DNA of 64,000 nt from Candidatus Marinacidobacterium sp. (GTDB lineage Bacteria > Acidobacteriota > Vicinamibacteria > Marinacidobacterales > Marinacidobacteraceae). The notes beneath the pieces were generated by a model that worked only from the letters and a program-made list of their open reading frames with translations, did no database searches and had not been told where the DNA came from. The stretch covers positions 3,289,656 to 3,353,655 of the forward strand of contig OZ242011.1 of the NCBI GenBank assembly GCA_965204755.1, read 5' to 3'. A program made the position numbers and the translations under genes. This document shows positions 10,320-19,755 of this stretch, in pieces. Positions within the stretch are counted from its first letter, which is position 1; every line of letters begins with the position of its first letter.

Positions 10320-10823
10320 TCAGCGCTCCTCGCCCGGAGCGGTTTCCGGGGCGCACGCGTACTCGCACACCACCACCTGGTCGCTCCACAGTTCCGACCG
10401 GGAGGGATCCACCGGACACAGGCGCACCAGGTCCTCTTCCAGGAACAGCGGGCAGCCCTCGATCGGCGCGGCGGAGCGGTCGTCGGGACGGGCGATGGGA
10501 AGTTCCAGCCGGCGGCGGTCGGGAGTCCAGCCGTCGCGCTCGGCCAGGTCGGCGAGCGCCCGCCGCAGGCGCTCCACCCGGCCGCGCGCTTCGCCGAGGT
10601 CGATCCGCCGCTCCCGGAGCGCTTCGAGGATGTCCAGTCCGTCGGCGCGGAGCGAAGCGATGGAGGCTTCCTGCGACGAGGGGGCGCGACCGGCCGCGTC
10701 GAGCGCGAAACGGGCGGCGTCGAGCGTGAAACCGGCTGCGCCGGGCCCGCCCTCGAGGAGCGGGGCGAAGAGGGCGAGGACGAACGCCGGCGCCGCGGGA
10801 CGCGGGCGCGCGGGAAACCGCAC
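10320..10823 (-). CDS. hypothetical secreted protein
   Basis: Signal-peptide-like N-terminus. Stop 2 nt from the mutase start, suggesting an operon. Confidence 0.4.
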   Translation of the reverse strand: MRFPARPRPAAPAFVLALFAPLLEGGPGAAGFTLDAARFALDAAGRAPSSQEASIASLRADGLDILEALRERRIDLGEARGRVERLRRALADLAERDGWTPDRRRLELPIARPDDRSAAPIEGCPLFLEEDLVRLCPVDPSRSELWSDQVVVCEYACAPETAPGEER

Positions 10824-10832
10824 CCGGAGGAG

Positions 10833-11798
10833 TTACTCCGAGGGCCCGATGCTCGGCTGCGGCTGCGAGGACGGCGGCCGCCAGAGCGGATCCCCGGACT
10901 GCCGCTCGCGGATCCACCGCCTCAACGGGACATCCTCCGGCTGCGGTTGGTACCACCCGACTTCCGTGCGGCCGTCGCCGAGCAGTTGCCGCAGCACCGG
11001 GTCGCACCGGTCGAGCAGTTCCGCCGGCATCGCCCGGTAGTCCAGCGGCCGCAGCCAGCGGTAGGAATACCCGAAGAAGAGCGCCTTCCGCACGACCTCC
11101 GACTCGTTCGTCCCGTGCCGGTGCCAGAGCCGGCGGTCGAAGATCACCGCGTCGCCGGGGCGCGCCCGGAGCGACTTCTTCCCGTCCCACTCCGGGTCGT
11201 CGCACTCGGGCGGCGGGGCGTCCAGGCGGTGGCTGCCGGGGACGAGTTCCATAGCGCCCCGCGCCGGGCCGCGGGTGTCGGTGAGCCAGTAGGCGACCTT
11301 CACCGAGAGGCGCGGCGCCGGGCGCTCCAACTCGAGCACCGGGCGGCCGCTGTCCTGATGCCACACCGGTTCGCGGCACTGCTCGCCGCCCCACGGCTCC
11401 GGGGGATAGACCACCAGGTGCGAGATGTACAACTGGATGTTCCAGCCGAGGACGCTCCAGACCTTGGGAAGCGTCCGCGCGTGAGTCACGAGTTCCAGGA
11501 ACGCGGGGTCGAAGCGGATCGTCGCGAAGCGGGACATCATGTCCCCGCGGGCGAGGTCGAGTCGCCGCCGCTCGGCGGCGTCGAGGCGGTCCGCCGCTTC
11601 GAGCAGGCGCCCGGTGTGTTCGGCGGTGAGCGCGCCCGGGATCTCCAGGTAGCCGTCGCGGTCGAAACGCGCGATCTCGTCGGCCGTCGCCGCGTGTTCG
11701 AGGTGTTCGTCCGTCAGTCCGGGGAACCGCCGCCCGTCGAGCGGGAAGAGCACCCGGTCGTCCACCGGCTCCACCGGCGGGGCCACGAGCCGGCTCAT
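10833..11798 (-). CDS. phytanoyl-CoA dioxygenase (PhyH) family Fe(II)/2OG oxygenase
   Basis: VWHQDSG ... HRHGTNES motifs. Start placed at internal ATG (MSRLV). Confidence 0.7.
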   Translation of the reverse strand: MSRLVAPPVEPVDDRVLFPLDGRRFPGLTDEHLEHAATADEIARFDRDGYLEIPGALTAEHTGRLLEAADRLDAAERRRLDLARGDMMSRFATIRFDPAFLELVTHARTLPKVWSVLGWNIQLYISHLVVYPPEPWGGEQCREPVWHQDSGRPVLELERPAPRLSVKVAYWLTDTRGPARGAMELVPGSHRLDAPPPECDDPEWDGKKSLRARPGDAVIFDRRLWHRHGTNESEVVRKALFFGYSYRWLRPLDYRAMPAELLDRCDPVLRQLLGDGRTEVGWYQPQPEDVPLRRWIRERQSGDPLWRPPSSQPQPSIGPSE

Positions 11799-11865
11799 GC
11801 GGTTCGACGAGGTTTCGGCTGGCTGGCGGGCGGGAGGGCGGGCGGAGGCGGCTAGTATTGCGGAA

Positions 11866-12540
11866 GTGAGTCGGCGGCGTCTTGCGCTGCTGCTGGCGTG
11901 GGGGCTGCTCCTCGCGCTGGGCGGCAGCATCTACTTGGGCCCGTATTTCGCCGCTTGGAGCATCCGCCGGGCGGTGGCCGCCGGGGACGCGGAAGCGCTC
12001 CACGACTTCGTGGACTTCGAGGCGGTGCGGGAGAACCTGAAGGGCGAACTGCGGCGCACCGTCGGCGCCCGGCAACGGCAGGCGGCGGCCGCGCCCGAGC
12101 CGCCCGCGGACGACGGGAGTCCCGAACCGGCCCCGGAACCGGCGCCGGCCGAGGCCCCGCTGACCGACCTGGGCGCTCGCCTCGCGGTGACGGTCGGGGA
12201 GACGATGATCGACCGCTTCGCCACGCCGGAGGGCGTGGACCGGGCGCTTCGCTCCGGGGCGGCCCAAGGAGGCGGCGACGGCTGGTCGTCGTTCTTGGAC
12301 CTCGGCGGCGACCGCGGGAGCGAGGGCGGCGGCGACAGCGGCAGCGGCAGGGGCGGGATCGAGGTGCGCGCCGGCTACGACGGCTGGAACGACTTCGCGG
12401 TGCGGCTGGGCGTCGAGGCGGACGCCGCCGACGAAGCGCCGATCTGGGCGGACATCCTGTTCGAGCGGCGCGGGATCTGGGCGTGGCGGGTGACCGGCGC
12501 CCGGGTCAGCCCGGACGCGATCTCCCTGCTCGTTCGCTGA
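11866..12540 (+). CDS. DUF2939-family protein
   Basis: YLGPYFAAWSIRRAVAAGDAEAL...VDFEAVRENLK pattern. GTG start chosen to avoid overlapping the divergent PhyH gene. Confidence 0.5.
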   Translation: MSRRRLALLLAWGLLLALGGSIYLGPYFAAWSIRRAVAAGDAEALHDFVDFEAVRENLKGELRRTVGARQRQAAAAPEPPADDGSPEPAPEPAPAEAPLTDLGARLAVTVGETMIDRFATPEGVDRALRSGAAQGGGDGWSSFLDLGGDRGSEGGGDSGSGRGGIEVRAGYDGWNDFAVRLGVEADAADEAPIWADILFERRGIWAWRVTGARVSPDAISLLVR

Positions 12541-12543
12541 CCC

Positions 12544-13473
12544 TCACTCGGCGGCCAGCCGGGCGGCGGCTTCCGCCCGCGTCGGGATCCCGGCCGTTCC
12601 CGGCGACTCCACGGTCAGGGCGGCGGCCGCCGCGGCGAGCCGGGCGGACTCCTCCGGAGGAGAGTCCCGGCGCCACAGGCCGAACGCCAGCGCCGCGGCG
12701 AACACATCCCCGGCGCCCGTCGGGTCCGCGACCGCAGCCTCGACCGCCGGAACCGGCAGGGCCGGCGCCTCCCGGCGGAGGATCACCGCGCCGGCGGCGC
12801 CGCGCGTGACGGCGAGGGCCGGACGCCCGGTCCGAGCCGCCTCGAGCCAGGACCGGGCGCCGGCGGCGCGGGACTCCTCGTCGCTGAGGCAGACCAGGTC
12901 CATTTCGGCGAGTCGCTCCGCGAATCCGCCGGACGCGGCGAGGGTGACCGATCGGCTGCGTCGGGCCGTCCGGCGGAGCAGGCCCTGCGGGATCGCCGCG
13001 GCGAAAGCCCCGCGTCCGGGAGGCCGGGGAAACCGGCGGACGCGGGAGAGTTCCGAGGTCACCGGCGCGAAGACGGCGAGCGAGCCGGGGGGCAGCGCGA
13101 GCGCCGCCTCCCGGAGCGCGCCCGCCGGAATCGGGTCGGCGCGGCCCAGCAGCCGCTGGCGCCGCGTCCCGTCGGGGAGGTAGCGATTCTCGAACCTGGT
13201 GCGTTCGCGGGACTGCATCCAGTCCACCGGGATGCCGGGGAGGTCGTCGAGGTAGGGGAATCCGGGGTCGATCGCGGTGAAGATCCGCACCCGGACGCCC
13301 CACCGGGAGAGCAGCAGGGCGGCGTAGGCGGCGGCGCCGCCGAGCCTCGGGCCGTCCGGGGTCAGGTCCTCGGTGAGGTGTCCGACGACCAGGGCGCGGG
13401 GTTCGCGCGCCGGCGGCTTCCCGTACCCTCCGCCCGCCCGCGGTTCCCCGGTGCTCGTCTGGACTTCGCTCAT
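12544..13473 (-). CDS. PfkB-family carbohydrate kinase (ribokinase-like)
   Basis: C-terminal DPTGAGDVFAAALA motif. Confidence 0.75.
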   Translation of the reverse strand: MSEVQTSTGEPRAGGGYGKPPAREPRALVVGHLTEDLTPDGPRLGGAAAYAALLLSRWGVRVRIFTAIDPGFPYLDDLPGIPVDWMQSRERTRFENRYLPDGTRRQRLLGRADPIPAGALREAALALPPGSLAVFAPVTSELSRVRRFPRPPGRGAFAAAIPQGLLRRTARRSRSVTLAASGGFAERLAEMDLVCLSDEESRAAGARSWLEAARTGRPALAVTRGAAGAVILRREAPALPVPAVEAAVADPTGAGDVFAAALAFGLWRRDSPPEESARLAAAAAALTVESPGTAGIPTRAEAAARLAAE

Positions 13474-14056
13474 CGCCCGCGAGAAGCGGCGCTCCCTGCT
13501 ATCCGCCGGCGGCGCGGTGATCGGCGGCCTGTTGTTCTGGCACCTGGGCGGGTTCTACGGGTGGTCGCTGCCGTGGACGATCGGGGCGGTGGCAGTGGGC
13601 GCGCTCGTCCTCCGGTCGGTCGGGTCGGCGCTGTTCTTCCTCTCGCGGCATCCGTTCGCGGTCTGCGACTTCGGCCTGAGCGAGGCGGCCGTTCCCGGCG
13701 GGGCGGTGCGCTGCGCCGCGCGCATCGTCGCGCGCCGCCCGGTCGCCGCCGCCGCCGTCCGATTCTCGCTCACGGCGGAGAGCCGGGGCGCGTCGCGGGA
13801 GACGCGGCGGCTGTTCTCGGCGGAGCGGGAGGCGGCGCGGGCGGTCGCCCTCGAAGTCGGGAGGGAGTTCGAGGAGGAGGCCGACCTGCCGGTGCCCGAG
13901 GACGCGCCGTTCTCCTACCGGTCGTTCGAGGGGCGCCTGCGCTGGCTGGCGCGGGCGGAAGTCGCGGTGGAGGGTTACGGGACCTTCGCCGAGGAGATCG
14001 AGGTGCTCATGGCGCCGCCGCCTCCGGAGGACCCGGAGGGCGAAGTCGGGGAGTAG
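13449..14056 (+). CDS. hypothetical membrane protein
   Basis: Hydrophobic N-terminal segments in ORF 13373..14056. Start uncertain. Confidence 0.3.
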
Positions 14057-14934
14057 CGGTAGCCGACCGGCGCCAGGAGCCGCAGGGTGTCCGGGGAGCG
14101 GGTGATTTCAACCGGGGCGGGGGCGAAGGCGTCGCCGTCGCACTGGCAGAGCGGCGCCTCCGCCGAGTTTTCGGCCGGGACGATCCGCGCGGCCGCGGCT
14201 CGCGCCACCCGGACGCCGGGGAGGCGGGGCAGGTGGCCGAGGGCGGCTGCGGCGGCGACCGGCGGGATGGCGAAACGGTGGCGCGGGCCTACCAGCGTCG
14301 CCACGAAATCCGGGTGTTCGATCCGCGCGCCCGGAAAGAGCGGAAGCCACCGGGTGTAGCGCGACTGCGTCCCGACGCCGGCCCACGCGGCGGGAACCGG
14401 GTCGCTCCAGTCCCCGGCGCCCGCCGCCGGAGCGATCCGGACGCGAAGTTCGGGGACCGGCGACCCGAGGAAGACGCGCGCTCCCTCGACCGCCCACCGG
14501 GCGAGGCCGCCGCGCCGCTTCGTCCGCGCCCCGACCCGCCGCGCGGTCGCGGCGTCGAGCCCCACGCTGCAGATCGAGAGGAACAGGCGCTCCTCCGGCG
14601 CCGGCGCGGGGGCGCCCGTCTCCATCGGGGCCCCGGACGGAGCGGCGGGGCCGGCTCGGCGGGCGAGCCCCGGGCGGACGGCGAGGACCCGGCCGGCGAC
14701 CAGCGCCGCCACCGCGCGGGATTCCTCGGCGGGGACGCCGAGTTCGCGCGCCAGCACATTCACGGTGCCGCCGGGGAGCGGGGCGAGCGCGGTATCGCGG
14801 TTCAGGAGGCCGCGGGCGGCCTCGGCGAGGGTGCCGTCCCCGCCCCAGCAGAAAACCGCCGCCGCCCCGGCGTCCGCGTGCCGCCGGGCCAGCGCCTCCG
14901 CATGGCCGGGCGCGGTCGTGGGCGTTTCCTCCAA
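13975..14934 (-). CDS. diacylglycerol/lipid kinase catalytic-domain protein (YegS-like)
   Basis: GGDGT motif. DAGK-like homology (ARAALVWNPAAGRRKSERRLRRIREAFRRAG) continues upstream of the TTG start with no canonical start codon (see findings). Confidence 0.65.
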   Translation of the reverse strand: MEETPTTAPGHAEALARRHADAGAAAVFCWGGDGTLAEAARGLLNRDTALAPLPGGTVNVLARELGVPAEESRAVAALVAGRVLAVRPGLARRAGPAAPSGAPMETGAPAPAPEERLFLSICSVGLDAATARRVGARTKRRGGLARWAVEGARVFLGSPVPELRVRIAPAAGAGDWSDPVPAAWAGVGTQSRYTRWLPLFPGARIEHPDFVATLVGPRHRFAIPPVAAAAALGHLPRLPGVRVARAAAARIVPAENSAEAPLCQCDGDAFAPAPVEITRSPDTLRLLAPVGYRYSPTSPSGSSGGGGAMSTSISSAKVP

Positions 14935-15113
14935 GGGGATTCCGGCCCGGCGGAACGCCTCCCGGATGCGGCGGAGGCGGCGCTCGCTCTTCCGGCGCCC
15001 GGCGGCCGGGTTCCAGACGAGGGCGGCGCGGGCGCCCGCCGGGAACGCCGGCGACTCCGCCGGCGGGGGGAGGGGCGGCCCGGCGCCGGCGGGCTCGGGG
15101 GGTCGGGACGCGG

Positions 15114-15815
15114 TCAGCGCAGTTGGACGACCAGCGCGTCGTAGCCGAGCGCCCGGAGTTGGCGCCGGATCCGGTTCGCCTCCGCGCGCTCGGCGTAGCG
15201 GCCGACCCGCACCCGGTGGACGCCGCCGTCGGTCTCGCTGACCGAAGCCGGGTAGCCGGCGGCCCGGATCGCCTCCGCCAGCCGCGCCGCTCCGCTCGCC
15301 GCCCGGAATGCGCCGGTCTGGACGGTGAAGACCGAGGCCGGCGCGCGCTCGACGATGGTCACCGACACCGGCGCGACGCCCCGCGCCACGATGCCCAGCC
15401 GGCGGGCCGCTTCGTGGGAGAGGTCGATGATCCGGCCGGGGCTGAAGGGGCCGCGGTCGTTGATCCGCACGCGGACGCTGTTCCCGGTGTCGCGGTCGGT
15501 GACTTCCACCACGGTGCCGAAGGGCAGCGTCTTGTGGGCGGCGGTCATGGCGCCGGGATCCATGGGTTCCCCGTTCGCGGTCGGTCGTCCGCGCTCCTCG
15601 ATGCCGTACCAGGAGGCTTCGCCGAACTCCGTCGCTCCCGGCGTGCCGACGGTCGCCGGGGCTCGCCGGGTCCCGGCGCAGCCGGCGGTCAGGGCGAGCG
15701 CCGTCGCGGCCGCCGCGAGACGGGCGGCGAGCGCGCGGCGGCGGCCCCGGCGATGCCGGACGCGCGGCGAACCGGCGGGCGCTCCCCCGCTCCGTTTCGT
15801 CATTCCGGTCGTCAT
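15114..15815 (-). CDS. rlpA: septal ring lytic transglycosylase RlpA-like (DPBB + SPOR domains), lipoprotein
   Basis: GEASWYG...GRPTANGE...[10 protein letters not shown]...[12 protein letters not shown] motifs, then a C-terminal SPOR-like region. Lipobox LTAGC. Start at internal ATG. Confidence 0.75.
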   Translation of the reverse strand: MTTGMTKRSGGAPAGSPRVRHRRGRRRALAARLAAAATALALTAGCAGTRRAPATVGTPGATEFGEASWYGIEERGRPTANGEPMDPGAMTAAHKTLPFGTVVEVTDRDTGNSVRVRINDRGPFSPGRIIDLSHEAARRLGIVARGVAPVSVTIVERAPASVFTVQTGAFRAASGAARLAEAIRAAGYPASVSETDGGVHRVRVGRYAERAEANRIRRQLRALGYDALVVQLR

Positions 15816-15826
15816 TCCGGGCGGCG

Positions 15827-16450
15827 TCACTTCCGATACGGCGGCGCGGCGCCCGGCGGCGAACCCCGGGGAATGGAGAGCGAGGTCCACTGCGCCGCTT
15901 CGGCGCGCGCGAGAAGCACGACTTGGCCGGCGTGGTACGCGAGGTGGGTGAGTTGCCGGAGGATCGCCTGCCTCACGGTGAACGGCTCTCCCCGGATGGT
16001 CACGCTCCGTTCCAGGTCCTCCGGCCGGAGGGCGGCGAGTTCGCGTTCCATGACTTCGAACGCCGCGTCCCACTCGGCGAGGAGGGCGGCGCGGTCGAGA
16101 TCGGGGCGGGGGTCGAACTCGCCCTCCCGGTTGCGGTCCGGCTTCTCGCCGTCGGTGGTCAGGAAGTCGGTCCAACGCGACCGCAGGTTTCCCGCCAGGT
16201 GCCGCAGCAGGATGGCGAGGGAGTTGCCGTCTTCGGGCCGGCGGCGGTGGAGCGCTTCGTCGCTTCCGACCTGCCGGACCGCCGCCTCCGCCAGCCGCCG
16301 CAGCCGGCGGAACTCGAAGCCGGAGTCGGCGAGGAACGCCGCCCCTCCGGAGGGCGCCCCGGAAGCGGGCGCCGAGGGGGCCGCGGAGGAGGAGTCGTCG
16401 GGCAGAACGCGGGGAATTCTAGGGCGTTCCGGCGGCCTCTCCGGTAGCAT
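15827..16450 (-). CDS. DinB_2 / DUF1572-family protein
   Basis: C-terminal 150 aa of ORF 15827..17707: [12 protein letters not shown]...[25 protein letters not shown]. The low-complexity N-terminus makes the start uncertain. Confidence 0.5.
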   Translation of the reverse strand: MLPERPPERPRIPRVLPDDSSSAAPSAPASGAPSGGAAFLADSGFEFRRLRRLAEAAVRQVGSDEALHRRRPEDGNSLAILLRHLAGNLRSRWTDFLTTDGEKPDRNREGEFDPRPDLDRAALLAEWDAAFEVMERELAALRPEDLERSVTIRGEPFTVRQAILRQLTHLAYHAGQVVLLARAEAAQWTSLSIPRGSPPGAAPPYRK

Positions 16451-16459
16451 TTCTCCCCC

Positions 16460-17731
16460 GTGAAGCCCGCTCCCCCGCCGCCTGCCCGAGCCTCCCGCGA
16501 AGGCGCGGGCCGGGTCTCCAGACGATCCTTCCTCGGCGCGGTTCCCCCCGCGGTCTCCGCGGCCGCGGCGCTCGCCGCGCGGCCGGGCGCCGGGTCGCCG
16601 CTTCGGCCCGAGGCCCGGGGAACGGCGCAGACCGGGGGCGCGGTCGAGGGGAAGATCGGGCTGCGGGTGCTGAGCGAGCGTCCGGTGAACGCGGAGACGC
16701 CGATCGGGGATCTCGATCCCCCGGACACCCCGAACGACAAGCACTTCGTCCGCAACAACGGGACGCTGCCGGAGCGGGCGCTCTCCGGCAGCCTCGAGGG
16801 GTGGAGCCTCCTGGTGGACGGCGAAGTCGAGAACCCGCTCGAGTTGGGTTTCGACGACCTGACCTCCGGTTTTCCCGAAGTCACGCAGGCGCTCGTCCTC
16901 GAGTGCGCGGGGAACGGCCGCGCCGGTTTTCGCCCGGGCGCCTCCGGGAACCAGTGGCAGTTGGGCGCCGTCGGCTGCGCCCGGTACCGCGGCGTCCGGC
17001 TTCGGGATGTGCTCGAGGCGGCGGGTCTCCGGGACAGCGCGGTGTATGTCGCGTACTACGGCGAGGACCCGGCGCTCAGCGGAAACCCGGACGAGGTCCC
17101 CATCTCGCGGGGCATACCGGTATCGAAGGCGCTCGACGAGTCCACCCTGCTCGCGTGGGAGATGAACGGGGAACCGCTTCCGCCGCACCACGGGTTTCCC
17201 CTGCGCCTCGTCGCTCCGGGGTTTCCCGCTTCGGCGAGCGGCAAGTGGCTGCGCCGCCTCTGGGTGCGCGACCGGGTGCACGACGGACCGAAGATGACCG
17301 GCTATTCCTACCGGGTGCCGCGTTACCCGGTGGCCCCGGGCGCGGAAGTGCCGGTCGAGGACATGGAGATCATCCGGGAAATGCCGGTGAAGTCCCTCTT
17401 CACCCGGCCGGCGACCGGCGTCCGCCATTCGGTGGCCGGGCCGCTCGAAGCGCGCGGCTGGGCCTGGGCCGGCGACGGCGCGGTGGCGGCGATGCATGTG
17501 AGTTCCGACTTCGGCGCGACCTGGCGCGAATGCCGCTTGGAAGAGCCGGAGAACCCCTTCGCCTGGCAGCGTTTCGAGGCGTCGGTGTCGTTCGACATCA
17601 CCGGGCACTACGAACTCTGGGCGCGGGCGACTTCCGAGAGCGGTCAGCAGCAGCCCATGGTGGTTCCGGGCTGGAACCCGCGCGGCTACCTCAACAACGC
17701 GATGCACCGCATCGCCGTAACCGTGATCTGA
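16460..17731 (+). CDS. sulfite oxidase-family molybdopterin oxidoreductase (SorA-like sulfite dehydrogenase), TAT-secreted
   Basis: RRSFLG twin-arginine motif, HFVRNNG, LECAGNGR, WEMNGEPLPPHHGFPLRLVAPG. Confidence 0.8.
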   Translation: MKPAPPPPARASREGAGRVSRRSFLGAVPPAVSAAAALAARPGAGSPLRPEARGTAQTGGAVEGKIGLRVLSERPVNAETPIGDLDPPDTPNDKHFVRNNGTLPERALSGSLEGWSLLVDGEVENPLELGFDDLTSGFPEVTQALVLECAGNGRAGFRPGASGNQWQLGAVGCARYRGVRLRDVLEAAGLRDSAVYVAYYGEDPALSGNPDEVPISRGIPVSKALDESTLLAWEMNGEPLPPHHGFPLRLVAPGFPASASGKWLRRLWVRDRVHDGPKMTGYSYRVPRYPVAPGAEVPVEDMEIIREMPVKSLFTRPATGVRHSVAGPLEARGWAWAGDGAVAAMHVSSDFGATWRECRLEEPENPFAWQRFEASVSFDITGHYELWARATSESGQQQPMVVPGWNPRGYLNNAMHRIAVTVI

Positions 17732-17736
17732 CGACG

Positions 17737-18165
17737 ATGACGCGTTTCTTCTCGGTTTCCTTCGCGCCGCTGTTTTCCCTCGCCGTTTCGGCGGCGGCGT
17801 CCGCCGGCGAGCGCCAGTTCGGCCCGACGGACAACCTGGTCGATGCCGAGGGCGTGGAACTCGTGCGCGAGTACTGCCTCGCCTGCCACGACGACAGTTA
17901 CATCGTCTCGATGAATGTCTCCCGCGAGGCTTGGGACGACACGCTGGTCCTCATGCTGGGAATGGGAATGCCCCCGCTCGACCCCGAGGTGCACGAGAAG
18001 GTGCTCGACTACCTGGAAGAAACCCAGGGCGCCGCGACTTCGGAAGAAGGGACGGACTCCGGGGCGCCCGGCGGCGCGCCCGACGCCGCCGACTTCGCCT
18101 CCCCGTGGGCGACCCCGGCGTACCACCCGAACCCCCTCGACTGGAACCGCCCCCGCGGGCGGTAG
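17737..18165 (+). CDS. monoheme cytochrome c (SorB-like partner)
   Basis: Signal peptide and single CLACH heme motif. Starts 6 nt after the Mo-enzyme stop. Confidence 0.7.
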   Translation: MTRFFSVSFAPLFSLAVSAAASAGERQFGPTDNLVDAEGVELVREYCLACHDDSYIVSMNVSREAWDDTLVLMLGMGMPPLDPEVHEKVLDYLEETQGAATSEEGTDSGAPGGAPDAADFASPWATPAYHPNPLDWNRPRGR

Positions 18166-18443
18166 CCGCCGGCGAAACTGTCCAAATGGCGCCCGGGGCG
18201 CCAGCCGGGAAACTCGCCCCCGCCGGCGCGCCGCCGGACGGGCGCGCCGCGCCCCGGCCAACAGGCGCCGCCCGGAGATGTCGGCGCGCCGGAAACCGCT
18301 GTCGTCCCCGGGTTCCGCAGGAACGCGGTCTCGTCTTCAGCGGCCCGGGCCTGTCTGCTGAACGGCCTTGAACCGGATCTCCGCGACATTCCGATTTCCC
18401 GACCGCTATCGACCGACGACTCGATACCCGAGTGAGACGACTG

Positions 18444-19577
18444 ATGAAGATCACCAGCCTCCGCGCTCGAAACTACCGGAGCATTCGCGAGCAGACCTTC
18501 GATTTCGACGCGCTCAACATGTTCATCGGCGCGAACGCGTCCGGCAAGGGTACGATCCTCGACGCCCTGCGATTCTTGCGCGACGGACTGAAACGCGGCT
18601 TCGAGTCCGCCGTCGCGGTGCGCGGGGGGATGGCGCACCTGGCGTGGAAGGGCCGGCCGCTCCAGACCATCGAACTCGCCGTGTCGCTGACGGACGGGTC
18701 GAAGGAATACGAATGGAAGGTTCGTCTCGAACGCCGAGGCTACGACTTTCTCGTGGAGGAGCGAGTGGATGCCATACTGACTGACGGGGCGCCGCCGACC
18801 AATTACCTGGAGTCGAAATCCGGTCTCGGTTGGTGGTGGTCAGGAGAGGAGAATCGCCGGGTCGAGATCGAACAGTCGGCGATGGCCTGCGCTCTGACGG
18901 CCGCTTCGGCGGATGCTTCCTTCCAAGGGCGGGAGATCGCCGATTTCGTTCGCCGCTGGGGCTTCTTCGACCCCAGCCCCTACCTCCTGCGTCATGACTC
19001 CGCGGGTTCGGGCCCCAACGGATTCGACCCCAACCGAGGCAATTTGGCGAAGACGCTCTACACCTTGCGAGAGTCGGCGCCGGAGGTGTTCGACCGGATC
19101 CTCCGCGCCACTCGTTCCGTTCCGGGTGTTCCGGGAGAGATCGAACCACGCGAGAACGACGGCCGGTTCTACTTCGTCCAGAACGAACCCGGCCTCCGGT
19201 TCCCGGTCCATCAGATGGGAGCATCCAGTGGAACCCTGCGCCTCTTGGCGCTGATGGTGGCCCTCCATGCGTCGTCGGAGGCTCGCCTGATCGGCATGGA
19301 AGAACCGGAGAACTATCTCCATCCCGCGGCTCTCGAAGCGCTCGCGCAGCAGATTCTCGAGGCCGAGGATCGAGTTCAGTTCGTCGTAACGACACATTCG
19401 CCGCTCGTTCTGGACTGTCTCGACCGACCGGAAGATGTCAGCGTGGTCCATCGTAGCGAGACCGACGGTACCGTGGCCGTGCGCGAGACCGATGCGGATG
19501 GTGTCAGGAGAGCCCTCCGGGAGTCCGGCTTCGGACTGGGCGAGTACTACGAGACCAAGGGGTTTGGTGGCGCCTGA
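18444..19577 (+). CDS. AAA_15/AAA_21-type ABC ATPase (OLD/Septu PtuA-like N-terminal ATPase), orphan
   Basis: MKITSLRARNYRSIREQTFDFDALNMFIGANASGKGT Walker A; LIGMEEPENYLHP...VVTTHSP Walker B/H-loop. Sits in a lower-GC islet. Confidence 0.75.
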   Translation: MKITSLRARNYRSIREQTFDFDALNMFIGANASGKGTILDALRFLRDGLKRGFESAVAVRGGMAHLAWKGRPLQTIELAVSLTDGSKEYEWKVRLERRGYDFLVEERVDAILTDGAPPTNYLESKSGLGWWWSGEENRRVEIEQSAMACALTAASADASFQGREIADFVRRWGFFDPSPYLLRHDSAGSGPNGFDPNRGNLAKTLYTLRESAPEVFDRILRATRSVPGVPGEIEPRENDGRFYFVQNEPGLRFPVHQMGASSGTLRLLALMVALHASSEARLIGMEEPENYLHPAALEALAQQILEAEDRVQFVVTTHSPLVLDCLDRPEDVSVVHRSETDGTVAVRETDADGVRRALRESGFGLGEYYETKGFGGA

Positions 19578-19597
19578 CGGCGAGGAAACCCTCAAGG

Positions 19598-19738
19598 GTG
19601 TCGGCGGAGATCGCGAAGGGGCTCGATCCGGAGGTCATCGAACGGAAGAGTCCGAGTTTTCGCGGGTTTCTCGCCGCGGTGCGGAATGGAGGGTCTGTCT
19701 CCGGCGGCGGCGATCCGCGAGACTCGGACTCCGGGTAG
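19598..19738 (+). pseudogene. 47-codon remnant ORF (VSAEIAKGLDPEVIERKSPSFRGFLAAV...) 20 nt downstream of the orphan ATPase; possible C-terminal fragment of a lost partner gene
   Basis: Frame +3 ORF read directly from the sequence. The peptide resembles the C-terminal end of DUF4276-type partners of AAA_21 ATPases; this resemblance is from memory, not a search. Confidence 0.2.
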
Positions 19739-19755
19739 GCCGCGAACGGCGCGGG

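Noticed and set aside
7233-10729. 978-aa minus ORF (7233..10169), 745-aa plus ORF (8492..10729) and 662-aa minus ORF (10279..12267)
   Set aside because: Arg/Pro/Gly-dominated artefacts of high GC. They overlap clearly recognisable genes (LmuB-like, UDG, methylmalonyl-CoA mutase, PhyH) read in other frames.
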